The notes beneath the pieces were generated by a model. It saw only the letters and a program-made list of their open reading frames with translations. It made no database searches and was not told the DNA's origin. The position numbers were made by a program, and so were the translations under genes. A stretch of DNA of 63,968 nt, filler included, from Circinaria calcarea (lineage: Eukaryota), in the NCBI GenBank assembly GCA_051942165.1. It is 4 parts of 4 records of this genome, joined end to end, with 100 filler letters (N's around TTAATTAATTAA, not from the genome) between each part and the next. Parts side by side here need not be neighbours in the genome. Positions count along the whole stretch, not along the records: positions 1 to 16,359 come from JAVECS010000325.1; 3 more parts are not named here. One strand, given 5' to 3'. Within the stretch, counting starts at the first letter, position 1. Each line of letters begins with the position of its first letter. Below are positions 1-12,449 of this stretch, in pieces.

Positions 1-1
1 A

Positions 2-658
2 AGTGCGAAAACAGCAGCGATCCTGCTCTCCGGTGCCGGAGGAGGTGTCGTCGGCCCTTCATCAATATACCTCACCATGGCGGACAAGCTGGCCTCCCTA
101 AAGAGGGGGATACCGGTACTGCGACTCGACTACCGTTACCCCGCTCGAAACAAATACTGCGTCCGGGACGTCGAGTCCGCGATGAATTACCTAGAGAAGA
201 GCTACGCGGTCTCGCGCTTCGTACTCGTCGGCTGGTCGTTCGGAGGCGCGCCCGTCTTCACGGTCGGAGGCAAGGACAGGAGAGTAGTCGGATGCGCGAC
301 GGTGGCCAGCCAGACCGCGGACACGGATGGCATTGGCTCTCTGGCGCCGAGGCCCGTGTTGCTCCTTCACGGAACCGGCGACCAAGTGTTGAACCCGATT
401 TGCTCCGAGAGACTGTACAAGATGTACGGGCCAGCCGGACAACGGACCATCAAGCTTTTCGAAAACGACAACCACGCTCTGACGGAAAACTCTCTCGAGG
501 CGGAAGAGCTGCTTTGCAACTTCATCATGAAGTGCGCCGGCGTAGACATTGACGCTGCGGAGCGACAAGTCATTAGCAAGCCACTGATGACGAGCAAGGA
601 CAAGGTTGGGTACATGGAACGTGGCGGGGATCTGAGAGGCGCTGAGAGTGTGGATTGA
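2..658 (+). CDS. alpha/beta-fold hydrolase, 5' end outside the window
   Basis: The frame is open from base 2 (SAKTAAILLSGAGGGVVGPSSIY...) through the listed ATG at 77. Nucleophile elbow GWSFGG, LLLHGTGD acid motif and DNH His give a Ser-Asp-His triad. No intron in the visible part. Confidence 0.85.
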   Translation, partial: SAKTAAILLSGAGGGVVGPSSIYLTMADKLASLKRGIPVLRLDYRYPARNKYCVRDVESAMNYLEKSYAVSRFVLVGWSFGGAPVFTVGGKDRRVVGCATVASQTADTDGIGSLAPRPVLLLHGTGDQVLNPICSERLYKMYGPAGQRTIKLFENDNHALTENSLEAEELLCNFIMKCAGVDIDAAERQVISKPLMTSKDKVGYMERGGDLRGAESVD

Positions 659-1709
659 TTGGAGTTGATCGAGGCATTTGTACATTTTCGATTGCAGTGA
701 TAGATAGTGCCAATCTAGAGAAATACGTACAGCTAGCCAAAAGGGTTTTCCATTTTTGCTACCGGGAAAAGCTCTCCATTCCCTTCCCGTGCAGGAACGT
801 GGAGCGGGTTTGCTTGTCCACTATATCATCAGCCATACATACATAACCCCAACTCTCCTGTACCCGTACAATAGCTCAGAACAAGTTCCGAAGGGGACAC
901 TATCCACAGTTTTCAGACAGGGCCACTACTTTTGCCCAGCCAAAGTATCATTGCGCTTACGGTATTTACATCAAAGCATTACGTTACATCCCCCCCCCCA
1001 CAAATAGCTAGGCTTAAGGTAAGGTAAAGCTCGTTATGCCCCGACGCTGTTGTTTTCTAACGTTCAAGTGACTTAAAGAAACGTCCCTGCAAAGGAGGTT
1101 GACAAACACTCTGTCTTCGCTCAACAATATCTGTGTCATGTGCTTTTATGATTTTATAGTAGCAGAACATCTCCTGATGCTTCCTGTTTTGTCTGCTATT
1201 GAAGCTATCCTGCATCTCAATGCGTTTTCATATAATCACTAGAGATGAGCTTGGTTACTCACACCGTTTTGAGACTAATCCTTTGCCATCATCGTCTTAG
1301 ATTCGGCAATAGATCGGCTCTAGCATCTCTCTATATATCACGGTTACTGGGTGGTGATAATTTTCTACCCGATATGCCAGAAGGTGTTTCGCCTCCTTCC
1401 AGCGGGAGTTCCATGTCCTCAGAGGGTCTGGAGACACCCCCAAAGTCACCATGCACCACCCAAATCATTCCTTTTAATGGTATAGGGATAGATCCTGCAG
1501 TATTAATTAACCGCAGGATCTCTAGGTGCTTCAGGACTGCAGAACCCAAGTGTCTTAATCTGCGGTGCACGGACGGTGGGCTTTATCATGTCTTGTAAAA
1601 TGGACACCAAGATCTCATCTGGGACAAGGCAAATGTGGACGCTGATGATCCAGGCATGGTAAATTATTTCACCACAATCAACTGCGACCATGAGCTCGAA
1701 GAAGGCTTG

Positions 1710-4049
1710 CTATCCGTATAATTCCCCAGTCCGGATCCGCTGGTAAGGAATATTCACCTGCGCCTGACCGTTGTACCTATAACCCGAAGTAGCTGGACCC
1801 TCCGGAACGAGACTAACCAAGTCCGTCGACAAGTCCCCGTCATCATCGTCTCGGAAAACCAACTCCAAATGATTCGGCTTCCCCTCGCCGTTCCCATCTG
1901 TGCCCGTCGCTCGAATCTCCGCAGTTCGAGAATAGGTCGTCAGGTTGCCAATCCCAGCACACGTGTTCATCAGCGTCTTTGCTGCCGGTCTCGAGTTCTG
2001 GGCCAACACCAAGACCTCCGTAAAGGTATCCCAGCATCCGGAACCGTTACGCTTCCATACGGTCCAAATAAAACTAGCCAAGGCAATGAGAGCGTGGGCG
2101 AACAGCACGGCCATAGAAAGGTAGTCCGTTGTCGCGCTTGCGAGGAATGAATAGCCCGTTATGATCACGCTCATGGTAAGGGTGGTGAAATTGCCTTCTG
2201 GCTTCTGAACGGCATTGCCTCCACGAAGTAAACTGTATCTATGATTGGAGTCCCATTGTAAGCTGGCTAGTGTCCAACTCTGCGGGTCAGGAGAATCGGT
2301 GTTGTAGAGCCGGGAACTGCCGCTTCTTGATAAGCCGTCAGCGATAACAGTGCCAATGAGGTATTCGAGGAAGGTGGTCCTATTGGTGGAGCCTGGGTTT
2401 TCAGTGTTCCACTGCTCCAATTGCGCCTGGGCACTTGACTGAGGTAAACCGGTAATAATGCCAGCTGCAGATGCAATATCTTCAAGCGTACTTGGCTGCT
2501 CCATATTGAAGTCGTTCCCGGAATCAGGGACAGGTGGTGCTAGCTTTTTCAGCCATTCGTTATCCAGTATGAGGGACTTCCCGGCCGTGTTATTTGTACT
2601 TGCAGCCCACACACCTTCACTGACTTGAAAAGTCGTGCCTCCGTCCCACCAAGCACCGATGCTACAGGTGACGATTAACCGTTTACTTTCCATTGATAAC
2701 CACGGTGCTTCGAATATCATGCCGATACTTACGTCCCCAAGGTCTTTTGACAGCCCGGTCCAACTAATCCTAAGCTTCTCTGTCCGTGACTTCTTGAAGG
2801 CGCTGACTCCAACCATTCTCATGGCTCCTTGTTCACCTGACAACACTGGAAATGCAAGTGTAGTTTGGTTTTGCTTGACCACTTGGGCTTGGCTACACAG
2901 TGGTCGTACCACCGCGTTCTTAGTATTAACGTTTGCCTTTTGGGCGATCAAGTACCTGTAGTTTGCAACACTGCTCGCTGGAGAATAAGTCTGAGAATCA
3001 ACAGCGGCGAACCATTCATCTCTCAATATTTGCTGTAGAACGATCGTCGCTGCATGGGGGCTAGTCATAAATGTTCCCCCAGGTACGAGGCCGCGCACAC
3101 TTCCCTGTAGCTTTTGATTCGGAATGCGGCCCATGGGACTTTCCACGGTGAGGCCAAATAACTGTGCAGAAATTCCTATTCTGTAGGCGCCATTGGATGC
3201 TCGAGATCTATCGAAGGAGGTCGAAAAGGGTGTGGCCTTGGTAAAATGTGCCCGCAGTGCATAATAGCCCCCACTCGGACAGACTGCGTAAAGCGTCGCG
3301 TTCGGTAAACCGCAAACGTAGCTATCTTGAGCCAGAGACATGTTGGATGGCCAGTTGTCTTCTATATTACCAGGCAGGTAGAAATCCGAGCCTCCGGCCG
3401 GCCAGTCTTGTATCCTTGGTATGAGAAGCACCGCGCAAGATGGTCCCGCTGTTGCTGCAATAATCCCGGCTATGACGAGAAATCCAAAGAATGAGACCTT
3501 CCGAACAATAGACATGCGACACTGAAAGCTGCCAATGAAATCCGGAGACCAGAAATAGCTCAACTGGCTAAAGGAGAATGCAGATGCAAGGAGCCCGAGA
3601 GGTATTCCTTCCCCAAACATCAACTCGTCCCTTACAATCTGCGTAACGACCATCGCGAGGCTTGCGACTATCAGAAGTTCTTGGATCTTAGCTGCTATTT
3701 GAAGCAGAGCGAGATTGATGTTATCATTCGAAATGAATCCGGATAGGCTTCTTCCAACGAAGAAATGATGCAGATTAAGGACTAACAAGGCGGTCGAAGT
3801 GAGAACTGGTAGGAGATGGAAACTGAATCGACAGATTTGGGCCCATTTCGAATTGACCAAGACTGGCTTGGGGACCTCCCTAGTTCGCCGAATACGTTGC
3901 CAGCATTGTTGAACGCTCAAAGTCAGAACTTCGAGACCATGAGCTCGGAGGAACGTTTTCCACAACGATAAGAAGTTGACGCCAGTGGGTATCCGTCCTG
4001 GAGGTATATTCGTCCGGTGTTTATATCTTCTGCCAGTATCTCCCACCAT
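1710..4049 (-). CDS. uncharacterised multi-pass fungal membrane protein (~780 aa)
   Basis: Long intronless ORF; first ATG at 4049 (MVGDTG; the track start at 4166 is a non-ATG codon). N-terminal hydrophobic segments include LQIAAKIQELLIVASL, followed by a large N-glycosylation-site-rich middle and a C-terminal TM (DYLSMAVLFAHALIALASFIWTVW). Confidence 0.75.
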   Translation of the reverse strand: MVGDTGRRYKHRTNIPPGRIPTGVNFLSLWKTFLRAHGLEVLTLSVQQCWQRIRRTREVPKPVLVNSKWAQICRFSFHLLPVLTSTALLVLNLHHFFVGRSLSGFISNDNINLALLQIAAKIQELLIVASLAMVVTQIVRDELMFGEGIPLGLLASAFSFSQLSYFWSPDFIGSFQCRMSIVRKVSFFGFLVIAGIIAATAGPSCAVLLIPRIQDWPAGGSDFYLPGNIEDNWPSNMSLAQDSYVCGLPNATLYAVCPSGGYYALRAHFTKATPFSTSFDRSRASNGAYRIGISAQLFGLTVESPMGRIPNQKLQGSVRGLVPGGTFMTSPHAATIVLQQILRDEWFAAVDSQTYSPASSVANYRYLIAQKANVNTKNAVVRPLCSQAQVVKQNQTTLAFPVLSGEQGAMRMVGVSAFKKSRTEKLRISWTGLSKDLGDVSIGMIFEAPWLSMESKRLIVTCSIGAWWDGGTTFQVSEGVWAASTNNTAGKSLILDNEWLKKLAPPVPDSGNDFNMEQPSTLEDIASAAGIITGLPQSSAQAQLEQWNTENPGSTNRTTFLEYLIGTVIADGLSRSGSSRLYNTDSPDPQSWTLASLQWDSNHRYSLLRGGNAVQKPEGNFTTLTMSVIITGYSFLASATTDYLSMAVLFAHALIALASFIWTVWKRNGSGCWDTFTEVLVLAQNSRPAAKTLMNTCAGIGNLTTYSRTAEIRATGTDGNGEGKPNHLELVFRDDDDGDLSTDLVSLVPEGPATSGYRYNGQAQVNIPYQRIRTGELYG

Positions 4050-4953
4050 GATATCGCATGCGAGGTATTCTATACGTCCTAAGCTCGACGTCGTAAAATC
4101 TGTGGTGCTTGGGGTCCAAGGTATATACAGAGGCAGAAAAATCAAAAAACAGGAAACTGCAAGCAAGAAACTGATTTTATCGATAGCCGAAGGTTATCTG
4201 GACAAGATATGACGAAAGATGAGGGAGTTGAATGGCTGAGTTGTAGAAAGAGTAGGGTAGCACGAGGGCGACATAAGAAACGCAGACTCCAGTCCATTGC
4301 ATCCACAGCGCTAAAAGCAGGCTGACTTTATGCACAGGTATGGCGCAGCCACATGTAGTTTCATATTTCAAAGTGCGTCGGTTTGAGTATTTTGTAAATA
4401 TACAAATGGGGATAGTAACAAAGGCTTTGACCGATGTCTGGGCCGGGCGGGGACGAGATATTGTGTGTATAGACTTTTCATTTTCCAATGAAGCCGTACC
4501 ATACACGAAGAAATTGAAGCATAATTTCGATTCCGACTGCGAATCCGAGGGAGCATGACCACGCACTCTCCGTGTTCGAATATTCTTCCTCTGATAGTCA
4601 CTCTTGCACAACTTCAACTAAGCCTTGGTCATTTCTAATACTCCATCAACAACATCATACCATGAAAGACGGCTCGAGCCTAACGAGTACAACTTCAAGT
4701 TGCTACCGGCTGCGAGGATGTAAGTAATATAGAGGAGAACGGGTATCCGCCCACGATCTGCAGACGCCAAGTATTGTATTGCTCCCCTCAAGACTCAAAT
4801 CCGAGGGAGGAAGATCGGGTGAAAGACGGTGATTGGCCTTTCTAAATCATGGGGTTAGGTGACGGTATGGTACGGAGTAAAGCTCGCCCCGACCACATCG
4901 GAGCTAACACCACGCGCTAATGATAACGGCTGAGTGTGCTTGGGATCAATCTA

Positions 4954-5100
4954 TATCCCTTAAACCGTCGCTCAAGCGGACTGAACCGTGCGTTTCTTGC
5001 ACAGACCAGAAACTGGCCTGTGCTAATACAGCTGACCAATCCAAACCTTGTATCCAAGAAACGCACGGTTCAGTCCGCTTGAGCGACTGTTTAAGGGATA
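4954..5100. mobile_element. MITE, Tc1/mariner-type (44-bp TIRs, TA target-site duplication)
   Basis: 4954-4999 TA-TCCCTTAAACCGTCGCTCAAGCGGACTGAACCGTGCGTTTCTTG is the reverse complement of 5055-5100 with one mismatch. The element is 143 bp (4956-5098), flanked by TA on both sides, with no transposase. Confidence 0.85.
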
Positions 5101-6851
5101 AGAGCCAATCAAGTTGGCTACGAATCTCAAGGTGGGCACTCATAAGTCGTTATCCGCTGCTCTAGTTGGACGTTCTCGACGGCATTCAAGTTTGTGTCAT
5201 GATTCGACCTACGGACCCGGAGATGCTCCAGCTGAGAAGGCAGACGTGGACTACCTATTGATCTTCTGCGAGGTGGGAAAAGTCTACATGTTCTGCGGTG
5301 ACTTCAGCACAGACGTCCAAGGTCAGCCTGATAAGCGCTGGACTGACACAGGCTATGTATCAGTGATGGAGAAAAAACTTTTACCGATGGGACGACAATA
5401 CCTGTGAGCGCGTCCACTCGGCTGAAGATGATGCCTGGATGGGGTTTCCAAGCATGGCTGAAAGGCCTTTTGTCCTTTATGTACGAACACTATTCAGTGT
5501 CGGCTACTTCACGAGTCGGCCGATCTTCAACTCTCGCCAGTTTGGCATCCTGAAGCTGAACTGGTGCTGGTGCGTCAACAGGATAGCGGGTTGAGGAAGG
5601 AGACGGTGTGGACACGCCGTGGGAATTCGAGGCCCGAGGAAAGTGGGCGCTAAGTAACATCAGCTGTCGGAGATATCCTTCCACACAATTACAGACGATT
5701 ATCTATCGCCATACGTTTCCAAAGTTAAGTACCCTCGCCCTTGATCAGATATTATTATAGGGCATGTTACCTTAGGCATGGCGCCTCCCTCAGTTGCATT
5801 CGCAAAAAGATCCAACGCCAGAGGGTGCAATCCAAGCTCAATATCTTGCGTGTCACGCTCGATCAAACACCAGCTGAAATATCTGTCATTTCACTTTGTC
5901 CGGTCAATCAGAATACGTCTAGGATCCCGTATCTATCAGCCCTCTTATCATGAAGCTAGGAGCCTCCACTCATCAACGCATGTGCCGATATCCACCTTTC
6001 CCCGTCTCAGAACCTAATCCTTCGATCGAAAGTTTGAAGAATGAATTTGGTAATGGATTCCGAATACTACGCAAGCACCCAAACTCCGTGGTCCGTTTAG
6101 CCAAGACGCTGGTGAAATCTGGGATACGAGCAAGGCCCCTTGGCAGACTATGTTCGGAAAGCTCAGCCGTATACTGTGGTATCCTCCAACTTCTATGTAC
6201 AACGGTCTTTGTATGCCCCATTTCCCCCGAATCCCGTTGACTGCCAGTGTGCTTAATATACTTGTCCAAGTCTCGAGAGACCTTGCCAGCGCATGGGAGA
6301 CCTTTACAGTGTCATCCGAGTTATTAAGGAGTTTGTTAAATATGCCTATTCCCAGATGTCTTTATACTGGCCACACTTCGTGTTAGCGTGCAATCCTTGT
6401 TAGTGTGTCTGCTTCTCGAGACACAACCCCTAGTTCCTAAACGCTAGCCACAGCGCTGCCAGGTACTGTACCACGTTGCAGGGTTATAAGCACAATTTTT
6501 TATTGATCGACAGGACGAGAGTTTTCTTTCCCACCTCGTGTTTGCTGTATATCTTGGCAGCGGCCTTTCTGCAGAGATTCTCCGTGATTGACGTGGGGAT
6601 GAAGTCTTTACTGTAACTAAGCCAATGGAAACAAGTTGTTACGATATCTCCCGCCTTTGGAACATGGCTACTGCTACACCGCTTATTATGTTCTCCCAAT
6701 TTAGGGGGTTTCTTTCACTCTATGCCGCTACTTCTCCCCGCATGAGCCAGAGTGCCAAGAGTATAGTGATCATTAGCATTGGAACTTAGGATATTCTAGG
6801 TTTGATGGCCTCCCCACAGCCGAAGGCCTGGGAAGGTCCTTTCTCGTGTGC

Positions 6852-6858
6852 TATATAT
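6852..6858 (+). promoter_or_regulatory. candidate TATA box of the Cys-rich peptide gene
   Basis: TATATAT about 125 bp upstream of the ATG at 6980, followed by a C/A-rich leader and a CAACC-ATG start context. Confidence 0.4.
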
Positions 6859-6979
6859 CTGGCGTCCGTCCCTCCTCTAATGCCTACCTGAACCCAAATT
6901 CCACATCCAACCCAGAGTCCAAAACAACCCTTTCACTCGAACGTTCCGACCCGAAAAAACCCTTTGAAAGTCTCCAACC

Positions 6980-7512
6980 ATGCAATTCCACCACCTCGTT
7001 CTCCTTCTCACAGCCGCCGCAGTCCAGCTAGGCTATGTGGCAGCGCAGCATTGCACTCATCAAAGTGTTCGTCACCCCCAACACTCTCGCTTGAACACAA
7101 TACGCAGTTCTTCAATACAACTCTCCTTCACCAACCTTAGTTCTCCGCCTTCGCTAACTTTCTTCTCTCTATAGTCGTCACCTCCATTGACCCAACCCCT
7201 CTCACCCCTCCCCTTTTTACAACCCAAACTAACCTCGCCCCCCTTCCTCTACCAATAGGTTGCATAGACGTCTGCGGCTGCTGGCGAGCTAGGGTACCGT
7301 CATCCATTTCCTACGTCTCATTTCCCTCCCTTTTTTCCAATTCGAATCTCTCCAGTTCCTCCCCCTTTTTCCTTTGGCACCTCACCTTTCCTTCCCGATT
7401 CTGACCCTTTGATTCAAAAAGAGAGGGTCGCTGACGTTGGAAATAGTGCTATACCGATTGCTCGAGCGGACAGTGCCTTGGAAAATGCGATTGCTTCTTA
7501 TGCAACAACTAG
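6980..7512 (+). CDS. small secreted cysteine-rich peptide (61 aa, 10 Cys), 3 exons
   Basis: Exons 6980-7064, 7259-7293 and 7447-7512 total 186 nt and give MQFHHLVLLLTAAAVQLGYVAA-QHCTHQSCIDVCGCWRARCYTDCSSGQCLGKCDCFLCNN*. Branch sites: GCTAAC 7153, ACTAAC 7228, GCTGAC ~7430. TAG acceptors end at 7174, 7258 and 7446. Confidence 0.85.
7065..7258 (+). other. putative [D2,3] spliceosomal twin intron (stwintron)
   Basis: GT (7065-66), then an internal intron GTTCGT...GCTAAC...TAG (7067-7174), then TCGT...ACTAAC...TAG (7175-7258). Excising the internal intron rebuilds the donor GTTCGT. Confidence 0.7.
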
Positions 7513-9488
7513 GAGTAAAGGGCGGGAACGAGCTTTCGGAAAGGGGTCACGAAAGGCAGAGAGGATAGGAGAGATTTGGTAGGAGAAATGGGGAGTCAGT
7601 GATGGGGAAGGCAAAACAGGGCAAAGTGATGGGATTTCGTTCGATGGGTGGGGAGATTGTATAGTCAGATGCAAAAGCGAGGTAGCGCAATCATTTAACT
7701 TCAGCCCCCCCCGCCCCCCGACTCTTCTACTCGCTTAGAAGGCTACCATCCGAAAAATACCTCGATCAGGCATTTGAAGTAGACGAGGCTCTGCCCATGA
7801 ATCCTGTAATAGCTGCGACAACCCCCTCTGATGAAGAGCCACTTTCCTCCACGATGTTAACATGAACCCATACTGAGGGGTTGCAAGAAATACTTCACGG
7901 TGGTAACTTCCCAACCAAAGTCATTACCTCCGCAATGGAACAATATGCCTCTAGCAGTACAGGGGGGGGGGAAATGGGTCAAATGGCCCATTTCGCACAA
8001 AATTGATATGTACCGAGATAATCCAACCCCCCCCCCACCAGCTTTGAAATCTAACTAACGGATTTTTTAAACCTCCCACAATTTCATCATCGAACGAACC
8101 AAAGCCAATAATAAAAATTTTTTCTTTTTTTTTTTGGGCGCTTAAAAAGCCTGGTAGATAGATATCCATGATTTTTTGCTGCTTGTTTACGATCCCGAAG
8201 CTAAGATTCTCCGTATGAAAAAATCCGGGGCTGGGAAACACGTGTTCCAATTAGCCGAAGATGAGGTGGGTACCCTTAACCAGGCTCATGATTTCTTTTT
8301 GGGGGGGGAGGTTGGATATCACTTTCGATATTACCCACGTTGCCTTGGACGTTGTTATCTCCAACTTGCGTCGGGGTCACCCCCTCCCCATTTTTTTAAC
8401 CCTTTGCCAGGTCTTGGATCTGCAAGTGATGCATCTTAGGTTCCTCGAGGTCGTTTGAGCTAGTTTCTTTAGAGCCAAAAGCCACCCGGAGATTCTCGGT
8501 GATATATCTTGAGTCAAAGCAATGTCTCCAATGAGACCAGGGAAGCTTCGACTCCGTCCTCAGCTACCCAAGCCTGTACGCAAGCAACCTTGGAACCCAA
8601 GAATGAGCGGAACATCCCCAACGGTATACAGACTGGTTGGCAAAATTCCGCTGAAAGCAGGATCACAACATACCTCCCCAACCTTATGTAAAGATAGCTC
8701 CTCCGACGATGTTCCTCGGCCTTGCCCTGCCCTCCGCTACACTCCAAAAGGGAAAAAAGTGCAAGCTTTCCGGCGGGAAGCTATACGATTCCACAATATC
8801 TTCCCTACCAACTGATTCCGAGTCAAGGGAAATCTAGAGAGAACCTTCACACTCGTTGCTCTGGAAGGAGTTTTACGAGAGGGCTAGCCCAAACAACGAC
8901 GTTGGACTCGAGTCAGCGGTTTCGCTACCGTCTTCAGAGCACTGCAGCCGATCATTCTTGACTTTGCATCTTTCTCCAGAAACAGTTCCAGCAGTTGAAA
9001 AGAGATGGACAGAGCGATGTTTACAATCAGCTTTTGCAGATCTTCATCCGGAACCGCGATTCCCGACCATGCCGCAGTTTGCGTTTATCAGTCAAACAAA
9101 ACCCATGAAAACCATATATACTAATTCATATCTCAAGATTCTTAGTGCATACAAACGGTAGTTGCAACCCACCGTCAGCATGAATAAACTCGTGCGCTGT
9201 ACTCCGTGGGGTGGCGTAAAAAGCCTGAGTCTTGGCAACATGAGCTCTAAACGAAGCTCCCTTCATAACACATGACATATAGAGTAGGTCGTACCTTGAA
9301 TAACCAAACTCAGCTGCTTCCCCCAGTTGGATTTAACTTAGCGGACCTCGACAATTGAGGCACGAGTTGGAGTTGTTCCTTGCTATCCGATGATCAAGTT
9401 TGCCTTTCGAGGGCTAGGAGCTCTCAAGTATACTACTGTTTGTAACAATAGCCATACAAGATCCCAAAGCATCTCAGAAAAGCCTTGG

Positions 9489-10274
9489 TTATTTTGTCCC
9501 TCGAGATTTTGCTCTAGCTAAACCACTTCCCCTTACTCGCCCACCTCCTTTTACCGTTCCTCCCCGGTTTGATGCACCTCCGCCTCTGCTGAGTCCCGAA
9601 CTGGGTCGAGAATTGGAAGCCGGTGTAGTATATTTTGAAGTTGTTCGGGAGGATGTTGGGGGGTGATCAATAAAGGAGGTATCCGTCGTCCTGTGAAGCG
9701 GTCAGTAAGGCGTACAGCCTTTTCGTCTTTGGAATTTACATGAATGTTGCCTCGGGGTCGAATTCAGCACGGTGATTGGCGGCAGCAGCTGTTGCCGAAG
9801 CTAGAATGCCTATTAGTTGCGGCTGAGTGGACTGGGGATGTGATACGTACTTGACTGCTCGTCGTGCTGCCTCGCCCTCTTGAACGAGTCTAATATTGGC
9901 GCCTGGGGACACTCAACCAATGCTCTCCCGTAAGGACAATCGAAATGGCAACATAAGCTTACCTCTGGAAAGTCCACGCAGAAAGCATTCATGTTCAACC
10001 CGTAGAGGAAACTGGCAAAGTTCTCGCTGAATCTCGATAGACTCTCGTGCATCAGCTGGAGATGCATGAAATTGGCTTCGAGATCCGCCATTGAATCCGA
10101 GAACTCAGCGAAGGCTGGCTCCAAAGCGTCCAAGGGGAAGTCGGATGCAGCTTGAGGACCGCCGGTACCTGAGGTCTCCCGTAACGAGGTACGAGAGCTG
10201 GGGCGCAATGGCGTTGTGGGCCGTGATGAGGGACGCGGTCGCGACGTGGACCTCTTCACATTGGTAGCTTCCAT
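9489..10274 (-). CDS. DAM1: DASH/Dam1 kinetochore complex subunit Dam1
   Basis: RPTTPLRPSSR and LEPAFAEFSDSMADLEANFMHLQLMHESLSRFSENFASFLYGLNMNAFCVDFPE-AP are typical of Pezizomycotina Dam1. Three introns; G/R-rich tail ends at TAA 9489. Confidence 0.92.
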
Positions 10275-10572
10275 GATGAAGAGCAAGTCAAACCCGAGTC
10301 AGCACAATGATAACTCAATGAAAACCTAGGAGGATAACAAGTAACTAGAGATTAAGACGCTCCCCGTATACTTTCTCTATCCTTATCGCAGTGTTTACAA
10401 ACATGGTAGGGCTGGCACACAATAAGGGTGGGGGTCAGCTCGGGCTAAGCCTATTCCAAGGCGTCATTACTGCAGGTCCGTGATCGAGCCAAAGATCACT
10501 TTGGATGCGGTGTGACCTTAATCAGCGTGTACTAATAAAGTGTCTGGAGGAAGGTTACGCTTTACATCTTAC

Positions 10573-12449
<1,877 letters not shown>

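Noticed and set aside
4920..5165. Mirror ORFs on both strands with similar peptides
   Set aside because: A by-product of the MITE inverted repeat.
6980..7174. 64-aa ORF-track protein
   Set aside because: Read-through of exon 1 into the intron; the spliced model fits much better.
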